Of a DNA stretch of 64,000 nt, positions 45,215-55,427 are shown piece after piece (positions within the stretch are counted from its first letter, which is position 1; each line of letters starts with the position of its first letter). Source of the stretch: an archaeon (lineage in GTDB: Archaea; B1Sed10-29; WALL01); the NCBI GenBank assembly GCA_042584585.1, contig JBHOSQ010000005.1, positions 7,526-71,525 of the forward strand, written 5' to 3'. The notes below the pieces were generated by a model. The model saw only the letters and a list, made by a program, of their open reading frames with translations, was not told where the DNA came from and searched no databases. The translations under genes were made by a program, and so were the position numbers.

Positions 45215-46811
45215 GCGCTTCAAGGCTGATTTCAAACGCAGCAACCGGCAAGTCCATCCCGAAGTTCGTGAGGGCCTCGGGGTGGATTTCGCCGACAACC
45301 CCTATTTCTTTTTTATTCACGACGACAGCAGCAGCCCTGCCATTCAGGAAAGATGGGTTCTTCACCGGCTTGAACTTCGGCTCGTACCCAAGCGACACGA
45401 GCAATGACTCCACCAGTGACTTCGCCTCGGTAAAGTCCGCCCTCGCGTTGCACGAAACCGCGGCAAGCCTCTGCTCCTCGTGCAAAGTCTTCCGGTCCTC
45501 GACCACTCTCCCAATATCGAAGAGCCTCTGCGGGTACTCATAGTGCTTGTTTTCCGACAGGATTTGCAGAAGCCCGGGCAACAGCGAATTCCGAATCGCA
45601 TTATAGTTAACATTAACCGGGTTCTTTGCCATAACCAACTCTGCCTTCTGCCGCATCCTCTTCGGCATTTCCGAGCTGGTCAAGTGATAAGTATTGCACT
45701 CCAGGAACCCGAACCCCGCGAACGCCTCCGCGACCTTCCTCTCCATAATCGCCTCACGATCCTCGCCGCCGATAGTGGAAATCCCGGGAATAATCGCCTC
45801 GAAGTTCTCGTAGCCATACGCAATGGCCACGTCCTCCACAAGGTCAATGGGGTGCAGCACGTCAGTTCGGTAAGCAGGCACAAGCACTTCCTCGCCGTCC
45901 ACGCCGTAGCGCATCTTCTCCAGTAATTTCTTGGCCTGTTTCCAGTTCAACGCCAGCCCAAGCAATGAATTACAATAGTTAAGGTCCAGCCTCATCCGCC
46001 GCGGCTCCATGTTGGGCGTCGCCGACCCACTGAACTTCACCAGGTACGCCTCTCCGCCAGTGTCCGCGAGCTGCGCCACGATAATGTGCAGCGCCTGTTC
46101 CACAACACGCTTGTTCAATCCAGTGACGTCAATGAAAACCCCTTTCGTGTCCGGAGTGACCGCGGTCGCCGCGCTGTTGATAATCGGCGGCAGCGAAAGC
46201 ACTTGTTTCTTGGCGTCAATCCACAGCGGGTACAAGTTCGTCCCGTGCAGCAAGTGCGCGTAGTCCTTTCCTTTGGGGTGCTCCCGAAGGATTTCGGTGA
46301 CCGTCATCTCGCGCCGGTACTCGAGCGGCACGAACTTGAAGTCGCCGCGCACAGTGGTGTACTTCACGGGGAACTCAATCGTGTCCAAATCGTAAACTCC
46401 AATCGACGCCAGTTTCCTGTTTCTGGAATGCGTGGTGTGCAGCTTTTCCTGCATCTGCATCAGCGAGACCAACGCCTCTTCGTCAATCGAAACGCCCTTG
46501 ACGACCGCGGCAACTACGTGCTCGCGCACCTTTGCGACTGACTTATCCACGATTGCGGTGTAGCCACCGTCTTTTGTATTGTACTTCGCGAGCCCCGTCT
46601 CGATGCCCAAAAAACCACGCAGCGCGCGGGCCAGCCCCTCCTCGCTCAGCAAGTCGGGCCGGTTCGGGAACGCCTCGATGACCCACGTGTCGCCCTCCGA
46701 CTTCTCGACCACGGCGCCCATCATTGCGATGCGGTCGGCCAGCTTGTCGTCACTAATCGGCTTGCCGATTCTCTTCACGAGCTTGTCCTTGCTGACCTCG
46801 AAAGTTGGCAT
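45204..46811 (-). CDS. pheT: phenylalanine--tRNA ligase beta subunit (archaeal type)
   Basis: 535 aa with an archaeal PheT-like B3/4 domain and B5 region; adjacent to pheS. Confidence 0.85.
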   Translation of the reverse strand: MPTFEVSKDKLVKRIGKPISDDKLADRIAMMGAVVEKSEGDTWVIEAFPNRPDLLSEEGLARALRGFLGIETGLAKYNTKDGGYTAIVDKSVAKVREHVVAAVVKGVSIDEEALVSLMQMQEKLHTTHSRNRKLASIGVYDLDTIEFPVKYTTVRGDFKFVPLEYRREMTVTEILREHPKGKDYAHLLHGTNLYPLWIDAKKQVLSLPPIINSAATAVTPDTKGVFIDVTGLNKRVVEQALHIIVAQLADTGGEAYLVKFSGSATPNMEPRRMRLDLNYCNSLLGLALNWKQAKKLLEKMRYGVDGEEVLVPAYRTDVLHPIDLVEDVAIAYGYENFEAIIPGISTIGGEDREAIMERKVAEAFAGFGFLECNTYHLTSSEMPKRMRQKAELVMAKNPVNVNYNAIRNSLLPGLLQILSENKHYEYPQRLFDIGRVVEDRKTLHEEQRLAAVSCNARADFTEAKSLVESLLVSLGYEPKFKPVKNPSFLNGRAAAVVVNKKEIGVVGEIHPEALTNFGMDLPVAAFEISLEALIS

Positions 46812-46812
46812 T

Positions 46813-48300
46813 TTACCCTCGCATCCAGTGCTTCATTGTCCGCAGCTGCTGCACGTCGTTCTTGTACAGGTCGCGGATGTCGTGAATCGCGTAATAGTCC
46901 ATGATTATCCTGTCGAATCCCGGCCCCCATGCCAGCACGGGGACGTCAAGGCCGAGCAACGGCTCGACTACCTCGGGCCTGAAGATTCCTGCGCCACCCA
47001 ATTCAATCCATTCACCCCTTCCCGGGTGCAGCACGTCAATCTCAATGCTCATCTCGGTGTAAGGGAAGTACGCCGGCCTGAACCGGGCCTTCTCGAAACC
47101 AAGTTTTCCAAAGAACTGTTTCAAATAACCAAGCAAGTGCTTGAAGTTCACGTCCGGGTCCACCACAATGCCCTCGACCTGGTTGAACTCGAATAAGTGC
47201 GACCAGTCAAGCGCCTCGTTCCTGAAGCACCTGCCCACGGAAAAATACTTTGCCGGGAAATCCTCTTTCTTCAGCGCCGCAATCGTCCGAGCGCTCAAGA
47301 CTGTGGTGTGCGTCCGCAGCACCCGCTTCTTCGCGACCTCGGGGTCCCACGCGTAGTCCCATCCGATGGAGTCGCGCGTCCCGATTTCGTGTGCCTTCTT
47401 CACCCGCTCCACAACCGCAGAGTCCGGCAGCTTGCCGCTCTCGGGGTCCACGAAAAACGTGTCCTGCATCTCGCGCACGGGATGCTCCTGCGAAGTGAAC
47501 AATGCGTCAAAGTTCCAGAACGAAGTGTTAATCAACGAGCCCTCCATCTCCTGGAAGCCCATCTCCAGCCACACCTTGCGGACGTAATCAGTCGCCTGCC
47601 TCACGAAGTGCCGCCTTCCCGGGTAAATCCGCGGCACGACAGCCTCAACCTCGTACGGCCTGAACTTGGTCTTTTCCCACGAGCCGTCCCTCAGCATCTT
47701 CGGCGTCAACAGGTTCGCGGCCGCAGTCAAGTCCAGCCCTTTCTTCACGAGCTTTTTCCCTTCCGCGGTCAATTGCACGGTCCTCTTGACATCATCAGTC
47801 GCATTGATTAGTCCACCGCGGGACTTCAACAGCTTCACCGCACTCCCCGGAACTTTTTTCCCGGAAGAAATCGCGTCCAGTGCCTCTTCGTCAGAAGTTT
47901 TTTTCTTCAGCGCCTTCTTGCCGTATTCAGTAAGAACCAAGTCCCCCTTGTCCGCCGTGGCAAGCCTTTTTTTCATGAGCCACGTCATGGCAATCCCGAA
48001 CTTTTTCGGGCCCAGCTTTTTCTTGAGCTCCGCCATGCCTGCGCTGCCCTTGCCCATGAGCTTCAGGGCCTGCCGCTCGGGCAACCCCTCCGCCAAATAC
48101 TCTTTGCCTTCCTTTCCCAGCGAGATTTTTTCGGTGCGCTCCTCGTCCATTTTCACGAGGCCTTTCGACACGAGCCACAGCGACGCGTGCGCCACGCTGT
48201 CGGGCTTTAGGCCAGAGGCCACCGCCAGCGCTTGCTGGTCCATTGGCTTCTTCAAAGCCACTAAAATGGCTTTCTCGTGCTCGTGCAGCGAGTAATTCAT
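46813..48300 (-). CDS. pheS: phenylalanine--tRNA ligase alpha subunit
   Basis: Class II aaRS motifs (...FRPAYFPYTEMSIEIDV..., GGAGIFRPEV) and a long N-terminal extension typical of archaea. Confidence 0.9.
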   Translation of the reverse strand: MNYSLHEHEKAILVALKKPMDQQALAVASGLKPDSVAHASLWLVSKGLVKMDEERTEKISLGKEGKEYLAEGLPERQALKLMGKGSAGMAELKKKLGPKKFGIAMTWLMKKRLATADKGDLVLTEYGKKALKKKTSDEEALDAISSGKKVPGSAVKLLKSRGGLINATDDVKRTVQLTAEGKKLVKKGLDLTAAANLLTPKMLRDGSWEKTKFRPYEVEAVVPRIYPGRRHFVRQATDYVRKVWLEMGFQEMEGSLINTSFWNFDALFTSQEHPVREMQDTFFVDPESGKLPDSAVVERVKKAHEIGTRDSIGWDYAWDPEVAKKRVLRTHTTVLSARTIAALKKEDFPAKYFSVGRCFRNEALDWSHLFEFNQVEGIVVDPDVNFKHLLGYLKQFFGKLGFEKARFRPAYFPYTEMSIEIDVLHPGRGEWIELGGAGIFRPEVVEPLLGLDVPVLAWGPGFDRIIMDYYAIHDIRDLYKNDVQQLRTMKHWMRG

Positions 48301-48338
48301 AAGTCAGGTTCTTATATCGGCGTGCATTAATATGCTTT

Positions 48339-48677
48339 ATGCCGGTGCTTGACGCTGCAGCAATCATCAACGCCGCGCTCGCGGAAGGCGTTACGGTGCC
48401 CGAAGTCCTCGGCGAGCTCAAGGACTTTGAGTCCCGCGAGCTCGCGCAAGCCAGGGTGTCCGAGGGCCTTCTGATTGTCAAGTCCCCTTCTCCCGAATCA
48501 GTGGCTGCAGTCAAGCCCAAGGCATCCCCACGGTTGTCCAAAACAGACCTGCAAGTCCTCGCGCTAGCGTTCGAGCTAAAACAAGAAATAATCACGGACG
48601 ACTATTCGCTCCAGGCCTCGGCCAAGCGGCTCGGCATAAAATTCAGGCCGGTCATTTTCCCCGGCATTACTCATTGA
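48339..48677 (+). CDS. PIN-domain-like protein
   Basis: N-terminal VLDAAAIIN (acidic-residue PIN motif) and a downstream TDDY motif; 112 aa. Confidence 0.4.
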   Translation: MPVLDAAAIINAALAEGVTVPEVLGELKDFESRELAQARVSEGLLIVKSPSPESVAAVKPKASPRLSKTDLQVLALAFELKQEIITDDYSLQASAKRLGIKFRPVIFPGITH

Positions 48678-49446
48678 TTTCTTCGAGCGTCGGCTCGCCG
48701 GTGAACGACTCGCTCAGCAGGAGGCCGAGTTCTTTGCGGTACCAAATAACCATCACCAGCACGACCAGCCCCGCAATCATGTAGACCGGGTCGCCGTACT
48801 TCTCGCGCATTTCCTCGGTTATCTTGCTGAGTGACAGCTGGCTCTGCAGCGTGATTTCCTGCTCGTAAAGCACTTCGAACTTGCTGCTCGTGAACGGCTT
48901 CCGGTAGTTCCACTCGTAGTAAGTGACTTTTTGGCCCGTCGCGTCAATGCCCTCGGTCGTGGAATAGGCCGGCGGCGTCACTTCCCTCGCGAGCCGCAGC
49001 GTAATTGGCATCGCAATCGTGAGCGTCGTCGGCGGGTCGTACGGCAGCGAAATGGTGTTGCCGTCAAAGAAAATGAACGCGTTCTCGGTGATTCCAGTGA
49101 GCTCCTGCTTGCCAATCTTTTCTACTGGCTCGACGATTTCAGGAACGGTGTACTGCAGTATCACGACGCCGAAGTCGGACTGCGTCAATTCCATCACGAC
49201 GTTCCTGTCTCCCGCCTCGTAAGTAATGACTTTGGATATGCCGTACGGCGTGAGCTCTTCGAAGCTAGCGCCCCGCGCAATCAATGCCTCGAACGAGGTT
49301 TTTTCGTGGCTCGCGAGGCGAACAAGATACTCTTCCTCGACGTAGGCGGAGCCGTCCTCGTGCAGGCCAATGCTGATGTCGTGCCCGATTACCTGCGTGG
49401 CTAGACAAGTCGAAATCAAAACCAGCAACACGAGCAAGCGCTTCAT
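48667..49446 (-). CDS. secreted protein with C-terminal TM anchor, unknown function
   Basis: Start at MKRLLVLLVLIST (signal peptide). C-terminal hydrophobic helix (...MIAGLVVLVMVIWY). Confidence 0.4.
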   Translation of the reverse strand: MKRLLVLLVLISTCLATQVIGHDISIGLHEDGSAYVEEEYLVRLASHEKTSFEALIARGASFEELTPYGISKVITYEAGDRNVVMELTQSDFGVVILQYTVPEIVEPVEKIGKQELTGITENAFIFFDGNTISLPYDPPTTLTIAMPITLRLAREVTPPAYSTTEGIDATGQKVTYYEWNYRKPFTSSKFEVLYEQEITLQSQLSLSKITEEMREKYGDPVYMIAGLVVLVMVIWYRKELGLLLSESFTGEPTLEEINE

Positions 49447-49470
49447 CACTATACCTCTGTCCATTCTTCC

Positions 49471-50244
49471 TTATATCTCTATCTTCATGAATTCATGAAT
49501 TGCCCTTGCCGCCTTGGCCAAAGTTTCTTCGTAGTCTTCTTGCGTGAGGCGAGTATAATCCCCTTTTTCCTCACTCCCTTTTTCCTTCACGTAAGCAAGC
49601 GTGACACTCGGCACCTTTATGAGGTTGGCTGATGCCACGAGGCACGCGGTCTCATAGTCCCCAAAAACATTTGGCCCCTCATTCTCTGCGAACGAGTCCC
49701 ACAGCTCATCCCACAGCTCATAGGGATGCTCCTTGAACTTTCCTGGCTTAAGCCCGTAGCGGCTGTAGACCTCGCCGTCATGAACCTTCAAGCCCATACC
49801 CTCTGTCACTCGCTTCATTTTTTCACGAAGCTCTTCGTTGAACAATTCCGGATTGCCCGGCACGTTGTTGTCCCTGCAAATTCCGCAAAGCTCTATGAAG
49901 CTCGGGTCGTCTGAATACGCCCTTGATGGCACCACGAAGTCTCCCGGTTCTGCGTCCGAGTTGCACGTGGCCTGATAGCATCCCAAGTACACGATGAACG
50001 GCTTTTCATCAAACTCCAGCAAGTCACCATAAAACAATGAAACTCCAAGGGCTTGGTTATACCCATAGCCCCCAAAAAGCGCGAACAGCTTCTTCCCATT
50101 CATTTCAGTTTCGTAAAACAAGTCAGCAAAATTCTTGTGCTCGAATTTTTCCGCCATCGCCGGTGATGGGGGCCCAAAGTCGAATTCTTTCCTTAATGTT
50201 TCCACCGCCAGCTTATCAGTCCTGGCGGTCATTATAACAGGCAT
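49471..50244 (-). CDS. nucleoside phosphorylase (PNP/UDP/MTAN) superfamily-like protein
   Basis: ...ALFGGYG... N-terminus and ...ETACLVASANL... resemble the PNP_UDP_1 fold. Assignment is weak. Confidence 0.3.
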   Translation of the reverse strand: MPVIMTARTDKLAVETLRKEFDFGPPSPAMAEKFEHKNFADLFYETEMNGKKLFALFGGYGYNQALGVSLFYGDLLEFDEKPFIVYLGCYQATCNSDAEPGDFVVPSRAYSDDPSFIELCGICRDNNVPGNPELFNEELREKMKRVTEGMGLKVHDGEVYSRYGLKPGKFKEHPYELWDELWDSFAENEGPNVFGDYETACLVASANLIKVPSVTLAYVKEKGSEEKGDYTRLTQEDYEETLAKAARAIHEFMKIEI

Positions 50245-50248
50245 ATAA

Positions 50249-51151
50249 TCAAATCTCTATCTTCATGAAGTCCTTCGCGAGTATAACGTTGTCGAACTCT
50301 TTCTGGGCGTCCTGCAAGAGCTTGTCCAGCTCCTCGTCCTTGTACCGCGTCGAAAAGTGCGTGAGCACCAACTGCTTTACGTTCGCCTGCCGCGCGATTT
50401 CCCCCGCCTCCTTGGCGGTCGAGTGGTTCGTCTCCCTAGCGCGGTCGGTCGCGTCCTGCGCAAAGCTCGCCTCGTGCACAAGCAGGTCCGCGCCATCCGC
50501 GGCCTTGACTGTCGCGTCAATCGGCTCGGTGTCGCCCGAATAAACAAACTTAATGCCCTTCTCGCCCGTAACGTAATTCGTGGGCTTCAGCTTCTTGCCC
50601 TTCCACTCCACGGTCTTTCCGGCCTTCAAATCGGCATACATCGGGCACGGGTCTAGCCCAAGCTTCCGCAGCTTTTCCTCGTCCACGTGCAGCCGCTCTT
50701 TTTCCTGGAAGACGTAGCCCACGCCGGGGCCCGAGTGCTTGGTCTCGAACGCGGACACCGTGTAATCCTCTTCCTGGATTTCCCAGCCGCCCTTGACTTC
50801 CTTGACAATGATTTCGAACGTGTTCTTCCCGGGCTCGACCAGCCTCATCACGTCCCCCACAATCTTTTTCACGCCCTTCGGGCCATAGATATACAATGGC
50901 TCCGCCCGCTCGCGCCAGTAGCATGACTGGATGAACCCAATGAGGCCATAATAATGGTCCCCGTGGAAGTGCGTCAGGAAAATCCTGCTGATTTTCATGG
51001 GGCTGAGCTTCGCGATGGCGAGCTGGCGCTGTGTGTTTTCCCCGCAGTCGAACAAGAACCGGTGCTCGTTGTAGCGAAAGTAAATCGCGGCGTGGTTCCG
51101 CTCTGGGGCGGGTATTCCGCAGCTGGTGCCAAGGAACACAATTTCTGCCAT
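50249..51151 (-). CDS. rnz: ribonuclease Z (tRNase Z)
   Basis: Metallo-beta-lactamase HFHGDH motif; N-terminus and size match the short-form RNase Z. Confidence 0.85.
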   Translation of the reverse strand: MAEIVFLGTSCGIPAPERNHAAIYFRYNEHRFLFDCGENTQRQLAIAKLSPMKISRIFLTHFHGDHYYGLIGFIQSCYWRERAEPLYIYGPKGVKKIVGDVMRLVEPGKNTFEIIVKEVKGGWEIQEEDYTVSAFETKHSGPGVGYVFQEKERLHVDEEKLRKLGLDPCPMYADLKAGKTVEWKGKKLKPTNYVTGEKGIKFVYSGDTEPIDATVKAADGADLLVHEASFAQDATDRARETNHSTAKEAGEIARQANVKQLVLTHFSTRYKDEELDKLLQDAQKEFDNVILAKDFMKIEI

Positions 51152-51190
51152 GCGATAGCTATTTATTGCTTGTCTATTTAACTATGCAGC

Positions 51191-52478
51191 ATGAAACCGG
51201 ATTGGCTCGCGAAGAAGATTGTCAACTACACGCTCGGCATCGGCCAGAAAGAAAACACCGATGGAATCAAAAAAGCCGAGCGCAAGTACGGGAAAAGAGT
51301 CCTCCCACTGCTCAAGAAGAAAAAAGTCGCGGCCACCAAAAAGAACACCAAGATGCTCGACGACTTGTGCGGCGTGGACTACGGCCCGCTCTTCGTCAAG
51401 AAAGGCAAAGGCTACGTCCCGAAAACAAAGGTCGGCCACTCCGTAATAATCACGTTCAACGCAGCCAACAAAAAAGTTGCAGAGGGAATCCGCCGCGAGT
51501 GCATCCTCAAGGGCGCTCACACCCTGATGCTCGAGCGAAGCACCAAGGCAATCAGGGAGGCATACGCCCTTTCCCCAACCGACACAGTGCGCGAGCTCTC
51601 GCCAATCAGCACAGCACTCCACAGCACTGCAGACTATTACATAAACCTCGAGGCAATCGAGAACGAGTTCTGGAAAAAAGGCATCAGCCCAAACAAGTTC
51701 AAGGCGTCCGCACCCTCCAACATGAAGCTGCACGAAATCCGCGACAAGCGGCTGCAGCGATGGTGCTACGTCGGCTGGCCGCACCCAAAAATCGCCAAGG
51801 AGCTGAAGCTCCCCCCCCGGAAAGTTCAAGCGCATTGTCAACGGCTCGCTCGAAGAGTCGTTCAGCCCCCGCATGAAGCGCCTAGTAGACGGCTACTACC
51901 ACGCGCTCAAGGGCACGGACAAAATCCGTATCGTGCACGACGACGGCACCGACCTATCGTTTTCGGTCAAGGGCCGCCGCTTCATGCGCGACGACGCAAT
52001 CCTTGACGAAGAAGACATCCGCAACAAGGACGTCGGCATGAACCTCCCCGCAGGAGAAATATTCACGGCGCCGCGCGAGTACAGCGCCAACGGCATCCTC
52101 AAAATCCCGAAGAACATCATCCCCGGCCACGGCATCGCCGAAGAAATCGAATTCCTCTTCGAGAAAGGAAAAGTCGTCGACTACGGCGCGAAAAAGCACC
52201 GCGACTACCTGACAAAGTTCTTCGCCGAAAACACCGGCGAGTGCCGCCGCATCGCCGAGCTCGGGATAGGCTGCAACTCCAAGGCCGAGTTCACCGACGG
52301 GTACATAATCGTAGACGAAAAAATCAAGGGCACGCTCCACATCGCAATCGGGTGGAACATCGGCTACGGCGGAAAAAACAACGCGTCGTCGCACCTTGAC
52401 TTCATCAAGCCCATGTACAACGGCAGCCTTTACGCAGACGGCGCGCTCGTAATGCACAAGGGCAAGCTGGTGGCCTGA
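51191..52478 (+). pseudogene. M29 (AmpS/aminopeptidase T) family aminopeptidase, interrupted by a frameshift in a C8 homopolymer
   Basis: ORF 51191.. carries the N-terminal half and ORF 51873..52478 the C-terminal half (...GTDLSF...NLPAGEIFTAP...) in another frame. Removing one C from the C8 run at 51811-51818 restores a continuous protein of about 429 aa. Confidence 0.6.
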
Positions 52479-53824
52479 TGATTGACTCCATGAAGAAGGC
52501 AATCGCTTCCCAACCCGATTTTGTCGAGGTCCGGGGCTCAACCGGGAGCATGACCCGCGTGCGCCTCCGCGAAAAAGACATAGAGACTGCGTCTTCGGGC
52601 TCGTCAAGCGGGTTCAGTGCCCGCACCCTCCACAAGGGCGCGTGGGGCTTTGCCTACACTTCTGACGAGACAAAGCTGCCGGAAATAGTCAAGGAGGCGG
52701 CGCGCCTCGCCAAAGCGGCTTCCCGCAAGTCCCTGGACGCCAGCCTCGCCGGCAAAAGCACTGCCGAGGCCAGCATAACACTCAAGCCGAAGAGGCACCC
52801 TGCGGACTTGGGGCTCGACGAAAAAGTCTCGCTGTGCAAAGAGCTTCTCGCGCAAAAGCCGGAGGGCATTGTCACGCACGACCTTGACTATGCCGACGCG
52901 TGGGGCAAGTCGTACTACGTGAACAGCGAGGGCGCGGCAATCGAGTACGTTCCCGTGCGCTCGTTCCTCGCCTTCTCGGCCTACTCAAAAAAGAACGGAG
53001 AATTGCTCAGCGCGCATGACGCAGTCGCCGGCCTCAAGGGCGTGGAGCTCCTCGACAACCAAGCGCCCCTAATCACAAGCGTATTCGAAAAGGCCTTGCT
53101 GATGCAGGAGGCGCAGCTGCCGCCCAAAGGGAAGATGCCGGTAATCATCGACCCCAAGATGGCGGGAGTGTTCGCGCACGAAATGGTGGGGCACGCCGGG
53201 GAAGGCGACACGGTCGCAAACGGCAAAAGCATTTTGCTCGGCAAGCTCGGGCGCCTGCTCGGCTCAAGCCACGTCAACATTGTTGACGACCCCACGCTCC
53301 CAGAGCTATTCGGCTCTTATCCCTACGACGCCGAGGGCACCAAGACACGGCGCACACAACTGTTCAAGGCAGGCCGCATCATGGAGTTCCTGCAGTCACG
53401 CGAGTCAGCCGCACGGCTCAACGCCGAACCCACCGGAAACTCCAGGGCAGAGTCGACGGCCAACTTCCCAATCGTGAGAATGAGCAACACTTTCTTCGAG
53501 GCTGGCGATCACACGGACGAAGAATTGTTCGATGGCGCCAATGGCGTCTACGCAATCGGCACCAAGGGCGGCGTGACCGAACCGAACACCGGCTACTTCC
53601 AGTTCGCCGCGGAGTACGGCTGGCTCGTCGAGAACGGGGAGAAGACAAAGCCCCTCCGGGACGTCACACTTGTGGGCAACCTATTAGAAACCCTGCGCAA
53701 CGTCGACGCGTGCGGCAAGACCATAAAGCTCGGCAGCCCCGGATTCTGCGGCAAGGCCGGGCAGTCCGTGGCTGTGAGTGACGGCGGGCCGCACATAAAA
53801 ATCAAGGAGGTGCTCGTGGGATGA
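52478..53824 (+). CDS. TldD family metallopeptidase
   Basis: TldD/PmbA fold pattern with an HEMVGH HExxxH motif; paired with a PmbA-like gene. Confidence 0.8.
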   Translation: MIDSMKKAIASQPDFVEVRGSTGSMTRVRLREKDIETASSGSSSGFSARTLHKGAWGFAYTSDETKLPEIVKEAARLAKAASRKSLDASLAGKSTAEASITLKPKRHPADLGLDEKVSLCKELLAQKPEGIVTHDLDYADAWGKSYYVNSEGAAIEYVPVRSFLAFSAYSKKNGELLSAHDAVAGLKGVELLDNQAPLITSVFEKALLMQEAQLPPKGKMPVIIDPKMAGVFAHEMVGHAGEGDTVANGKSILLGKLGRLLGSSHVNIVDDPTLPELFGSYPYDAEGTKTRRTQLFKAGRIMEFLQSRESAARLNAEPTGNSRAESTANFPIVRMSNTFFEAGDHTDEELFDGANGVYAIGTKGGVTEPNTGYFQFAAEYGWLVENGEKTKPLRDVTLVGNLLETLRNVDACGKTIKLGSPGFCGKAGQSVAVSDGGPHIKIKEVLVG

Positions 53825-55056
53825 ACGGCATTCTCGCAAAGGCCGCGAAGAAGTGTGACCAGGCAGAGCTTTACTCCGAGTCATCTAGCTCGCTTTTGGC
53901 CCGCAGCTCGCTCGACAGAATCGAGGCCTGTAAGTCCACCGAAGACCATGGCTTCGGCCTTCGCGTGGTGTACGGCGGCCGCATCGGCCACGCCTTCTTC
54001 ACCCGGGAGCAGGACGCGGACCGCGCAATCGACGAAGCGCTTCGCTCGGCAAAGCTTTCCCACGCGGAAAGCTATTCCCTTCCCCCCGCGGCGAGCTACA
54101 AAACACCGAAGTGCTTTGACCCCCGGCTCACGAAGCTGTCCGAGGAAGAGCTCGTGGACCTTTTGCTAGAGTCCATGCAAGCGACTTCCGAGAATGCGGA
54201 CCCAATTCAGGCCGAGTTCGATGCTGAGTCCTCGACCGTGCACATCACCAGTACCGAGGGCGTGGACGCGGAAGCCACGGAGTCACTCTTTTCCGCTTAC
54301 TGTGTCGGGAAGAAAAAGGAGAGCATGGGCCATGACTCGTTTTCGTCGCGCAGGCTCACCGACTGCGCGGAAAAAGTCGGGCGCTCTGCCGGAGAACTGG
54401 CTGCCAGCGGAGCCGGCGCGTCACCCATCGACTACACTGGCACTGTCACGCTCCACCAGGACGTGGTCTCTTCGTTTTTCGGGCAGTCCGTCATCCGAAA
54501 CCTTAACGGCGAGTTCTCGCGGCGCGGAAAGTCACGGTGGGGCGGCAAGCTCAACGAAAAAGTCACTAGCGACTTCACGCTCGTCGACGACCCGACGGTG
54601 GACTGGGGCATCGGCAGCAACGCGTTCGACGACGAGGGAGTCCCAACACAAAAAAATACCATGATACAAAACGGCGTGCTCAAGAAATTGTATTACGACA
54701 CGCGCACTGCGAACTTGTCGGGCGCGGAAAGCACGGGCAGCGGCTTCAGGGCAAGCCACGCGGGCCTGCCATCCATCAGCGTGGCCAACGTGACCGTCGA
54801 CGCCCCGTCCCATGGGGCTGAAGGGGAACTGTTCGTGCGTGACCTTATGGGCTACCACAACATGAACCCCGTGACGGGCGACTTCTCGCTCGACATTGTC
54901 CTCGCATTGCTCGACGGCAAGCCGGTGCGCGGCTGCGTGCTGACCGGAAACGTCTTCAAAATGCTTGAGGAAGGCGAGTGGACCGGAAAGCCCGAGACCA
55001 GGGACTGGTTCACTTCACCCATGTTTTCTTTTGAGGGGGAGGTGGTCGGGAAATGA
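53821..55056 (+). CDS. PmbA/TldE family protein (TldD partner)
   Basis: ATGA overlap with tldD; similar fold pattern to the TldD gene but lacking the HExxxH motif. Confidence 0.75.
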   Translation: MNGILAKAAKKCDQAELYSESSSSLLARSSLDRIEACKSTEDHGFGLRVVYGGRIGHAFFTREQDADRAIDEALRSAKLSHAESYSLPPAASYKTPKCFDPRLTKLSEEELVDLLLESMQATSENADPIQAEFDAESSTVHITSTEGVDAEATESLFSAYCVGKKKESMGHDSFSSRRLTDCAEKVGRSAGELAASGAGASPIDYTGTVTLHQDVVSSFFGQSVIRNLNGEFSRRGKSRWGGKLNEKVTSDFTLVDDPTVDWGIGSNAFDDEGVPTQKNTMIQNGVLKKLYYDTRTANLSGAESTGSGFRASHAGLPSISVANVTVDAPSHGAEGELFVRDLMGYHNMNPVTGDFSLDIVLALLDGKPVRGCVLTGNVFKMLEEGEWTGKPETRDWFTSPMFSFEGEVVGK

Positions 55057-55427
55057 AGTGGGAAAAAGACCCCGTGGTCCAGGAGATGATGGAGCGGCTT
55101 GCCGCGGCAGAAGAATTCGCACACGTCCGCGCCGACCGCGTGTTCTGCGTGCGCGGCGAAGGGTCCAAAAGCCGTGCGGTCGCACGCATCTGGTCATTGC
55201 CCCGCGTGTTCCAGCAGTGCCTGGAAATCGACGCCGCCTACATCATTGAGGTAATGGACAAAAAGTGGGACAAGCTGTCGGACGAGGAAAAACAAAAGAC
55301 AATGATCCACGAACTTCTGCACATCCCAAAAACATTTTCGGGCGCACTGGTCCCGCACAGCTGCTTCGGAAAAAGGGTTGTCGGCTCAAGGCAAGTCGAC
55401 AAAATCTGGAACAACCTCATGCGCTAG
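55053..55427 (+). CDS. small HExxH zinc metallopeptidase-like protein (SprT/WLM-like)
   Basis: HELLHIP motif; 124 aa; ATGA overlap with the pmbA-like gene. Confidence 0.45.
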   Translation: MKWEKDPVVQEMMERLAAAEEFAHVRADRVFCVRGEGSKSRAVARIWSLPRVFQQCLEIDAAYIIEVMDKKWDKLSDEEKQKTMIHELLHIPKTFSGALVPHSCFGKRVVGSRQVDKIWNNLMR

